Assembly (NCBI GenBank): GCA_032249235.1
Contig: JAVVGF010000004.1
Coordinates: forward strand, 135,316 to 199,315
DNA: 64,000 nt
Direction: 5' to 3'
Source of the DNA: Thermoproteota archaeon
GTDB lineage: Archaea > Thermoproteota > Thermoprotei > Gearchaeales > Gearchaeaceae
Shown piece by piece: positions 40,651 to 49,122 of the stretch. How positions within the stretch are numbered: the stretch's first letter is position 1; each line of letters starts with the position of its first letter. The notes under the pieces are model-generated. The model ran no database searches, had not been told where the DNA came from, and saw only the letters and a list, made by a program, of their open reading frames with translations. A program made the translations under genes and the position numbers.

Positions 40651-41680
40651 GACTTTATTTGATCTTAAACCAAAGAAAAATAGAAATGAACTTTTTGATA
40701 GAGAGAAAGAACTTGAAGAGCTGAAAAAGGCAGTTGATAAAAGATATCCTATTATTGCTATTTTAGGGATTAGAAGGATTGGTAAGACAAGCGTATTAAA
40801 AACGTTCCTAAATGAAATCGGCGGAGTTTACTTAGATTTAAGAGGGATTTATAAGACTATTGAATTGCAAGAAAGGATTACCGATAGCATAAATTCTTCG
40901 ATTGTAATACTTAGAAGAATACTTGAAGGGATAAGAGGAATAAGCTTTGCAGGTATTTCTGTAGAAATTAAATGGAAAGGTAGCGATTCTATAAGCCTTG
41001 TAGGTTTGCTCAATGAAATCAATAGAAGAACCAATAGTTTCATCTTAGCTTTAGATGAAGTCCAAGCAACAAAGCCTCCTGTTTCAGCTCAGCTCAAAAA
41101 CTTGCTTGCTTATGGTTACGATAATCTTGAAAATATAACCTTTATAGTAGCTGGTTCCGAAATAGGTTTACTAAGGGATTTTCTAGGTATTGAAAGACCT
41201 GATTCTCCTCTATATGGTAGATATATCTACGAAATACATGTTGAAAGACTTTCAAGAGAAGAATCTAGAGAATTCTTAATGCGTGGATTTAAGGAAGAAG
41301 GCTTGAATCCGCCTATAAATATAATTGAAGAAGCATTGGATTATTTTGACGGAATAATTGGATGGTTAGCATTTTTTGGAAGAAAATATGCAGATGGTAT
41401 AAGAGACTTAAAGGATTTGAAAGAAATAGCTATTAATTTAGCTTTAGATGAGCTTAAAAAACTAAGCATTAGAGAAAAGCTTGTTCTCAAAGCTATTGCT
41501 TCAGGTTCAAGTTCATGGAGTGCAGTAAGAAAATTCATTGGAGAAAAAGAAGGAATAACTCTACCAAAAGCAACACTTTCAAGATTGATAGAAAAGATAG
41601 AGAAGCTAAGCATAGTAAAGGATTATCGTTTTTTAGATCCGATATACAAAGAAGCTTCCTCAAGGCTATTGATTAAATAA
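40649..41680 (+). CDS. Archaeal ATPase (ATPase_2 family) with C-terminal wHTH
   Basis: LFDLKPK..LFDRE, GIRRIGKTS, LDEVQ, GSEIG, PLYGR, DGIIGW, DPIY. Confidence 0.9.
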   Translation: MTLFDLKPKKNRNELFDREKELEELKKAVDKRYPIIAILGIRRIGKTSVLKTFLNEIGGVYLDLRGIYKTIELQERITDSINSSIVILRRILEGIRGISFAGISVEIKWKGSDSISLVGLLNEINRRTNSFILALDEVQATKPPVSAQLKNLLAYGYDNLENITFIVAGSEIGLLRDFLGIERPDSPLYGRYIYEIHVERLSREESREFLMRGFKEEGLNPPINIIEEALDYFDGIIGWLAFFGRKYADGIRDLKDLKEIAINLALDELKKLSIREKLVLKAIASGSSSWSAVRKFIGEKEGITLPKATLSRLIEKIEKLSIVKDYRFLDPIYKEASSRLLIK

Positions 41681-41684
41681 ATAT

Positions 41685-42314
41685 CTACTTGGTTTTCTCC
41701 CCCAAGCCCATTAGATATCCACTGAAAGCTAGACTCCAAATCATGACAGGATAGACGATCATTCGCTCCATGCCACCAAAACCTAAACCTAAATATATAC
41801 CATTTATATAAAGAGCTAAGGCAATTAGCGTTACTATGCCTGCTATTATTGAAAAATATTTCATTGGAGATCCTTGAATTATATAAGCTATTATTGCAAG
41901 AATGCCTATAGATAAGAAGGTTATGAGTGAAAATATTCCATGAATTATACCTGTTGCTTCAGTGAAAATTCCAACTCCTATGCAGCCTATTCCACTTAAT
42001 ATTATCATTATCGGTATTGCTCTATTAACTCTTGAATTCAAAAAATAATATGATGAAAGAATCAATATTATGCCTAATATAATGATTGAGGAATTGAAAA
42101 TCATTGAAGAAGGTTGAACGAATACACAAGAATTTTTGCTAGCAGGCGGCCTATTGCATATTGCTCCAAGATCGCTTATATAATTATTAGAGATGCTATA
42201 ATTAGGAAACAAGGCTTCTGCTATTATTAAAAATATAGCAAATTGTGCAACACCAATAAAGATTAATATGCCTGCCTTCCTCAAATTACCGTATAGAATT
42301 TTATTTCCATCCAT
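41685..42314 (-). CDS. DUF998 family membrane protein
   Basis: YSISNNYISDLG, GVGIFTE, GGMERMIVYP. Confidence 0.85.
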   Translation of the reverse strand: MDGNKILYGNLRKAGILIFIGVAQFAIFLIIAEALFPNYSISNNYISDLGAICNRPPASKNSCVFVQPSSMIFNSSIIILGIILILSSYYFLNSRVNRAIPIMIILSGIGCIGVGIFTEATGIIHGIFSLITFLSIGILAIIAYIIQGSPMKYFSIIAGIVTLIALALYINGIYLGLGFGGMERMIVYPVMIWSLAFSGYLMGLGEKTK

Positions 42315-42527
42315 GTATTTATAAGATTTTCAAGCTATTTAAATCTTAAAGGTTTGAATAATAAATATTCTTAATTAATATTATTTAAATTATAAAAATA
42401 TAGTTTTAAAAGCTTTAACTATAATCGTTAATAAATAACTCTTAATCATAAGTTATTAATAAGTATTTAATTTGTAATTGTTATTATATAAATTAATATT
42501 ATGAATAATCGCTCATAATTTAGCATT

Positions 42528-42650
42528 CTGACCTCCTCAATGCCCTAGAAGGATAAGGGCCTCTTCTAGAATAGCTCATAAGTTCCCAGCATCGATACGT
42601 GACAACATTTCTCATTTGCTGGGCATTTTATAGCTCAGAGCCCCTCCATG
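42528..42650 (-). mobile_element. IS200/IS605 right end / tnpB 3' (omegaRNA region) remnant
   Basis: Minus strand GGAGGGGCTCTGA...TGCCC...ATGA...ATCGATGCTGGGAAC...GCCCTTATCCTTCTAGGGC..GAGGAGGTCAG matches the remembered crenarchaeal IS605 end; no tnpB ORF remains. Confidence 0.65.
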
Positions 42651-42889
42651 CAATCAGTCCTGAATGAAAGGATCTTTCTTAAATATTTAGAGCTTTTTAA
42701 TAAGCAGTCTTTTATTCCGAGTCACCTGCGGTATATTTTCGTTAAATATCATTTAAATCATTAATTTAACCTAATAATTTAGCGAGAGGTATTTTTATGA
42801 TCTAACTGAAACGCTAATTCAAAACCTCCCATACTTCAATATTAATGATAGCCTGTTAAAGTATTTATATTAATAATCTATTATAGCAT

Positions 42890-44335
42890 ATGCGTGTTTT
42901 CCTTTTAATATTCATGTTGTTTTTAGCATTAATAACTCCTAATATCGTTAAGGCACAAGAACAAGCTGTGCCTATTATAGCAGTGTTCAAGGATAAACCT
43001 GATGTTGAACTCTTCCAACAGTATGGGGGTCAAGTGATAAGGGTTTTCAAGATAATACCTGCAATACATGGATTGATGAAGCCTAGCGATATAGTAAATC
43101 TTAGCAAAGATACTAAGATAAAATACGTGGAGTTGGATGAAAAAATAAATGTACTAGAAGAAATTCAATGGAATCTATATCAAATTCATGCGCCTGAAGC
43201 ATGGTCTATAGGTGGAACCTATGGACATCATACAAAGATACAAGTTGCAGTTCTCGATACAGGCGTAGATTGCACACATCCTGACTTAGCTGCTAACATA
43301 GCTTGGACACCTTCAGCAGATCCTGCTTTCCCTTCAGCATGTCCTGATACATCTGGTCATGGTACACATGTAACAGGTATAGTTGCTGCATTACTCAATG
43401 GTTTCGGTGTAGCTGGTGTTGCTCCTCAAGTAACTGTCTATGACATATTAGTTTGTCCAGGAGGTTCTTGCCCTATTTCTGATATTGTTCAAGGAATACA
43501 GCTTGCTATGGAGGGTCCTGATGGAATAATAGGAACAGACGATGATGCAGAAGTAATGAATATGAGCTTCGGAGGTTCTGGTCATTATCCTGCAATGCAA
43601 GATGCAATTCAGAATGCCTATGATCATGGTGTTGTATCCGTAGCGGCTGCGGGAAATTCAGGATGTCCAGATGGAGATACAGTCCTTGAGCCAGCTAGAT
43701 ATCCTACAGTGATAGCAATGGCAGCTACTACATCGGCTAAAACCATAGCGAGTTTTAGTAGCTGTGGTCCTTCAGTAACTGCAGCTGCACCTGGCGAAAA
43801 CGTTCTATCAACGCTTCCTGGAGGAACCTATGGTACATTAAGTGGTACCAGCATGGCTTCACCTCATGGAACAGGAGTTGTAGCATTAATGCAAGCTGTT
43901 AGAGCTATTGCAAATGTTCCGCTATTAAAACCTTCAGAAGTTAAAGCAATAATATGTAATACTGCTGAAGATCTTCCTCCTGCAGGTTTTGACATTCGTT
44001 CAGGTTGTGGACTTCTTAGAGCCGATCAAGCTGTTCAAGCTGCAATGGCAGCTCTTACTACAGTTAAAATTACGCAGTCATTACCTCCTAAGATTGTTGT
44101 AAATACGGTGAATCAAACCTTAACCGTGACGAACACGCAATCTATTATGGTTCAAGAGCAAACTGTCCAAACCAATACTTTTACTTTAACTAAGACTATG
44201 CCATCAGAAAAAATAATATTTTCATCTGCTGAAGAAAAACTTGTACTCTTCGATTGGGCAAGTCTGTTCTTAGCTTTCATAGCTGTATTGTTGCTAGGCG
44301 CAATAGTTGGTACTCTTGCTTTGAGGAGGATTTGA
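42890..44335 (+). CDS. Subtilisin-like S8 serine protease, membrane-anchored
   Basis: VAVLDTG, HGTHVTG, AAAGN, SGTSMASPH; signal peptide, propeptide and C-terminal TM. Confidence 0.93.
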   Translation: MRVFLLIFMLFLALITPNIVKAQEQAVPIIAVFKDKPDVELFQQYGGQVIRVFKIIPAIHGLMKPSDIVNLSKDTKIKYVELDEKINVLEEIQWNLYQIHAPEAWSIGGTYGHHTKIQVAVLDTGVDCTHPDLAANIAWTPSADPAFPSACPDTSGHGTHVTGIVAALLNGFGVAGVAPQVTVYDILVCPGGSCPISDIVQGIQLAMEGPDGIIGTDDDAEVMNMSFGGSGHYPAMQDAIQNAYDHGVVSVAAAGNSGCPDGDTVLEPARYPTVIAMAATTSAKTIASFSSCGPSVTAAAPGENVLSTLPGGTYGTLSGTSMASPHGTGVVALMQAVRAIANVPLLKPSEVKAIICNTAEDLPPAGFDIRSGCGLLRADQAVQAAMAALTTVKITQSLPPKIVVNTVNQTLTVTNTQSIMVQEQTVQTNTFTLTKTMPSEKIIFSSAEEKLVLFDWASLFLAFIAVLLLGAIVGTLALRRI

Positions 44336-44336
44336 C

Positions 44337-45908
44337 ATGAAGAAAATTATATTTGTTTCGCTTTTGTTTATCTTTCTTATAGTATTTTCATTGCAATCTT
44401 ACAATGCAAGTAATTTCAAGATTACTTACTACTATAAGATTTTAGGAAATGATCAAACTCTATCGGCTGTGAATTTCTCTAATGATGATGAAGGCAATTT
44501 ATTAATACTTTACAATTCAAACAATGGGGCTGCGATAATATCTAAGATAGATAATAATGGTCAAATTCAAGATACATTCTCTATAATTTCAACCAGTCAA
44601 ATCAATAGTCGCATCAAAGCTTATTATATCGTAAAAGACGGCGATTACAATTTAATACTGGCTTCTTTATCCACTTTGTGTGACTGCGCAAATTATGGTT
44701 TGTTATTAAAGTTTAAAGATAGAGATATAATTTGGGCTAAATCTTTCTTCGTTGGCTTAGATGTAATAGTTAAAAAAGTTGTAGTTGATTATGATGGTAA
44801 CTATTTAGTTTTAGCTTCTACTAAGATAGGTCAAGACGGATATGATTTGCTGGTTATGAAATTTGACGCGAACGGTAATCTTCTATGGTATAAAATTTAT
44901 GGTAGCCAAGGAAATGAATATGCTGAGGATATAATAGCTAGCTTCGGCAATGAGTATTTGGTGATTGGAAGAGAAGAAGGATCTAATAAAGGCTTAATTA
45001 TATTAAGCATCGATAAGGATGGAAACCTGAAATGGTCCAAATTAATCAATATTGATATAAGTGAAGGTATTGCTACAAGCTTTAATGTTGAATCAAAATA
45101 TGTAATATTTGGAAATAGAGAAAATACCGTTTTTATTATATCAATAGGTAGGAATGGATCGATTAATTATTCAAAAAGTTATGATGAGAATCTTAAAATA
45201 AGAGTATTTAGCGTAACTAAGAATAACGAAGGAGGATTCAATGTTGTTGGGAGCGTTCAAATCATGGGTGTAGAAAAAGCTATTTTCCTAGAGTTTGATG
45301 AAAATCTCTCGCAAATTGCTTCTTATGTTTTAGATGAACAAAATACTAGATTTAAGGCTTCATCTCAGGCAATGAACTCTAATATAATATTTGGAGAAAA
45401 AGATGGGAATAAGCTTATTTTATTTAAAGCAAGCCTTGACCTAACATTTCCCTCAAGCGATATGTTTCTCCCTATTTCTTTCCCACTTAAAGATTTTGTA
45501 TTAAATTCTGCTGATCTAGGGCTAAATATTTCAAATCAAGATATTTATCTAAACAATGCTGATTTGAAAATACAGACTTACAATATTAATACATTAGAAA
45601 GCGTTGAAGTACTTGTAGATCCTTCGGTAACTACTGTAACTGTGAGAATAAGGACAACTTTAACAAGATATGAAACTCAATATAATACAGTTACTACTTC
45701 AACAGCTGTTACAAAAACAACTAGTGTCACCAATCTAGTCAACTATACAACAACTGTTTATTCAACAAATCCTACAAGTCTTACTGTAACAAATACCAAG
45801 ACTTCTACTGTTTTTACGATAAACTACACTGATCCTACGGTGATAGCGACATTAATACTAGCTTTCCTGATAGGGTTAGGTATTGCAATAGCTTTTAGAA
45901 GAATTTAA
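44337..45908 (+). CDS. Cell-surface beta-propeller-like protein with Thr-rich linker and C-terminal TM
   Basis: Repeats of K-x-D-x-x-G-N-L-x-W; Thr-rich stretch; TM ending RRI. Confidence 0.72.
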   Translation: MKKIIFVSLLFIFLIVFSLQSYNASNFKITYYYKILGNDQTLSAVNFSNDDEGNLLILYNSNNGAAIISKIDNNGQIQDTFSIISTSQINSRIKAYYIVKDGDYNLILASLSTLCDCANYGLLLKFKDRDIIWAKSFFVGLDVIVKKVVVDYDGNYLVLASTKIGQDGYDLLVMKFDANGNLLWYKIYGSQGNEYAEDIIASFGNEYLVIGREEGSNKGLIILSIDKDGNLKWSKLINIDISEGIATSFNVESKYVIFGNRENTVFIISIGRNGSINYSKSYDENLKIRVFSVTKNNEGGFNVVGSVQIMGVEKAIFLEFDENLSQIASYVLDEQNTRFKASSQAMNSNIIFGEKDGNKLILFKASLDLTFPSSDMFLPISFPLKDFVLNSADLGLNISNQDIYLNNADLKIQTYNINTLESVEVLVDPSVTTVTVRIRTTLTRYETQYNTVTTSTAVTKTTSVTNLVNYTTTVYSTNPTSLTVTNTKTSTVFTINYTDPTVIATLILAFLIGLGIAIAFRRI

Positions 45909-46262
45909 AAACTAAGTATAATTTTCCTAATTTTAGTTACTTGACCGTATTTATTATTTTTTTACTTAAATCAAATTTAGATAATTTAATAATTCTAAAT
46001 TAAAGTAGATATTATTTATAAATAACAATACTCTTTGTCTCCCAGCCCTATTAGGCTCTCATAGACTTAAAAAGAGTGTTGAATCCTTCTAAGAAGATTA
46101 AAAATAACACCAAATATTTCCATTAAAACTGAATGACAGGACTTTCCATAAACATAAGTTATCTCTTTTTCTCGATAATAACTTAAGACTATCCTAGTAA
46201 TACGTCTTTGTATTAGAAGTTTCTTTTAATATTTTAAAGATTTGGTCGAGAATAGTAGACAT

Positions 46263-46652
46263 GTGAGAGAGGAAGCCTTGAAATGGTATCAACAAGCTTT
46301 GGAAGATCTTTTAACAGCTGAGCAACTATTTAAGGCTCAGCGATATTATGCGGTAGCTTTTTGGTCACAGCAAGCTGCTGAAAAAGCTTTGAAAGCTCTC
46401 TTAATTTTTAATGGTAAAATTGTAAGATCGCACGATTTGAATGAAATTATTGATATAATAGAAAAAGAACTCTTGATTAATGTAAGCGAAATAAGGGATG
46501 ATGCTAATAAATTGACTATACATTATATAGTATCAAGATATCCTGATGCAGCAAATTCTATTCCTGCTCGAATTTATTCAATCAATGACGCTGAAGATTT
46601 GTTGAGAAGAGCAAAAAAGGTGATAGAATGGGTAAAGCAAAATCTGCAATAA
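46263..46652 (+). CDS. HEPN domain protein (HEPN-MNT module)
   Basis: Likely GTG start at 46263; QQAAEKALKA, RSHDL, SRYPD. Confidence 0.9.
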   Translation: MREEALKWYQQALEDLLTAEQLFKAQRYYAVAFWSQQAAEKALKALLIFNGKIVRSHDLNEIIDIIEKELLINVSEIRDDANKLTIHYIVSRYPDAANSIPARIYSINDAEDLLRRAKKVIEWVKQNLQ

Positions 46653-46978
46653 ATAGCCAAAAGATTATGTTAGAGAGAGCAAAGAGATTCGTCGAAAAGT
46701 TAAAAAAAGAATTAAAATTAGATGAAGTTTATGTTATTGGTTCGAGAGCAAGAGGAGATTATCTAGAAGATAGCGATATTGATTTGGTAATCATTTGCGA
46801 TGAGCTGAAGGGTTTAAGGTATATTGAGAGATTAGAGAGAATTTCAAAATATGCAGAACCTAAAATAGAGTTCTTTGTTTATACAAAGGATGAATGGCAA
46901 AATTCTAATTCACCTTATGTAATTGAAATGAAGAAAGAAGCCAAGAGTCTAGAAGAGCTATTGAAAGCTTTTGATTAA
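46628..46978 (+). CDS. Minimal nucleotidyltransferase (MNT)
   Basis: GSRARGDYLEDSDIDLVI; overlaps the HEPN gene. Confidence 0.9.
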   Translation: MGKAKSAINSQKIMLERAKRFVEKLKKELKLDEVYVIGSRARGDYLEDSDIDLVIICDELKGLRYIERLERISKYAEPKIEFFVYTKDEWQNSNSPYVIEMKKEAKSLEELLKAFD

Positions 46979-47105
46979 AACAGTTAAATAATGTAATTTA
47001 TTTTCTTAAAACATATTGTTATATTCGGTATATTTAAAATCTAAAAAATTAAAATATTGTTAAATGCTTAAATAGTAAAATGATATTTATATCTAATTAT
47101 TAATT

Positions 47106-48110
47106 TCATCTTTGAGATAAAAATATTTTGGTTATTAGTTTCTTTAATTCTTTTTGATCTATATTTAAAATTAATGAAGTATGTGATTTCCTTAAATTAA
47201 AAATTATTTCATTTAATATTAGCGGAATGTTTTTCTTATTCCTTATATATTCTTTGCCTTTCTCTACAGCGATTTTTGCTACTTCATTTTCTATTTCTGA
47301 CCTTAGAATTGAATATATTTCTGCGCTAATGGTTATTCTAATATCTTCTTCTTTCTTTTTAAAAGCCTTAATTTCATGCTTTTCTTCTTTTGGGGATAAT
47401 ATCTCTTTTTTCACTTTGAATATCAAAAGGTTTGATTTCACATAATCAAGTATAAGTTCATGACCATTCGGTATGAATTTCCCTTTAGCGACAATTCCTT
47501 CAAAACTTTCTGGCATTAAAGCTAAATCTGAAAGTCTTTTTTCCAAATCTTCAGCACTTAAATATTCTACGTTATAATGGGGAGGATTAGGAAGTTCAAG
47601 TTGATTTAAGATTTCATATTTTTCAGGAGGAGTTATCCATGAGTTCTCTTTTCCTAATTCGAATACAACTAGATCTAGATTCCTTTGATAGTCTTTATGA
47701 AAACCTCTCGGTGTGTAGTGTTTTCCGAAAATTTCGCATTCAAGAATATAACCTTTTTGAATGGCTTCTTTTACTTTAATCATTAGCTCAGGCTGATCGT
47801 GGGCGATATAAATCAAATATCCTAATTGCTCTGAACTAGCAATGTCTCCAGAATGCTTAAAGATTCCTTGCTTAGATATTTGAATATGCGTTCCGTCATA
47901 TTTATGTTCAGCGAAAACTTTTATGTTATGCTCAAATATGTATTGATAAAGATATTTAATTGGATTTTCAATATGATAAGGTCTTATTAGCGGTTTAGAA
48001 GTATTCCTATAAAGATCAATAATCCAAGCTGAATATTCATCTTTAGGAGCAATTTTATACTTTCTATTTAGAAACGATAGAGCCTTTTCTATTGCTTGAT
48101 GATCTTCCAC
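47106..48110 (-). CDS. ATP-dependent RNA ligase-like nucleotidyltransferase
   Basis: Ligase motifs I (HKYDG), III (ECEIFG), IIIa (VVFEL), IV (EGIVAK) and V (FKVKK); no OB domain recognised. Confidence 0.75.
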   Translation of the reverse strand: MEDHQAIEKALSFLNRKYKIAPKDEYSAWIIDLYRNTSKPLIRPYHIENPIKYLYQYIFEHNIKVFAEHKYDGTHIQISKQGIFKHSGDIASSEQLGYLIYIAHDQPELMIKVKEAIQKGYILECEIFGKHYTPRGFHKDYQRNLDLVVFELGKENSWITPPEKYEILNQLELPNPPHYNVEYLSAEDLEKRLSDLALMPESFEGIVAKGKFIPNGHELILDYVKSNLLIFKVKKEILSPKEEKHEIKAFKKKEEDIRITISAEIYSILRSEIENEVAKIAVEKGKEYIRNKKNIPLILNEIIFNLRKSHTSLILNIDQKELKKLITKIFLSQR

Positions 48111-48409
48111 TTCTCTTCATTATTTTATTAATATAAAAAATAAAATTTCTCTAAATTTCAAAAAATCAATAAGAAGCTATTCTAGATTAGAGCGATTGCT
48201 CATATTCTTGTTCAATGGACAGTCTTGAGCTAGCCTTAAGAATCTAATATAACAACACTTAATCCTACTTTTATCTCAAAGAAGTCTCGATCAAGCCTAA
48301 GTGCAATGTTATTGAGTATCTTACAATTTAAAAAATAAACATTTATCTTGCTATACATAACCAAACATTCAATTTAAGCGTAAAATATAACCTCACAAAA
48401 GAATATCAT

Positions 48410-48763
48410 GTGGGGTTAGTATATATTGAAGGTATCGCTAAGAATCAAGGAAAAGAAGAAAAAGTAAGATTCTTAGTAGATTCGGGAGCATTTTACACAG
48501 TGTTAAAGAAGGATATTTGGCAACGATTAGGTTTAAAGGAAATTTCTAAATCAAGTTTCATATTAGCTGATGGAACCGTTATCGAAAGAGGAATATCTGA
48601 AGTAGTTTTAGAGCTTCCTCCATACGGTGAAAGACATACTCCTGTAGTATTGGGTGAAAGTGAAGATGAGAATTTGCTAGGAACTTTAACTTTAGAAATT
48701 TTCGGCTTGATTTTAGATCCTTTCAAAAGAGAATTAAGGCCCGCTAGACTTTTGATGAAATAA
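48410..48763 (+). CDS. Clan AA (retropepsin-like) aspartic protease
   Basis: FLVDSGA, LADG, LLGTLTLE, LILDP. Confidence 0.87.
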   Translation: MGLVYIEGIAKNQGKEEKVRFLVDSGAFYTVLKKDIWQRLGLKEISKSSFILADGTVIERGISEVVLELPPYGERHTPVVLGESEDENLLGTLTLEIFGLILDPFKRELRPARLLMK

Positions 48764-49122
48764 AATTGTTTTTCGAAAAATTAATCCTTTGCTTATACGC
48801 TAAATAGTTTCATATGAAAATGCAACTTCGATTAAAAAAGGCTCATGCCATCATTTCACATTGCATGGTATCATTGAAATCTTGGAAAACCTGATAAGGT
48901 AGCCAAGTTCCATTTAGATATATTAATCAAGGTTAATTCTATTCTTAATTTAAATTTCGGCGGTACTCTTTATATTATTATGGAAATAAAATTGTTATAA
49001 AAATAATTTTTAATAAAGGTTTCGATAAAACAAAAAAATACAAAGAGGCGAACTAATGCATATTTAAGCTTCTCTAAAATTCAGACAAGAATCGTTAAAT
49101 TATTAAATGAAGTTATTATGAT

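Noticed and set aside
46037-46060. Possible fourth IS605 end scar (CTCCCAGCCCTATTAGGC)
   Set aside because: Too short and degenerate to distinguish from chance.
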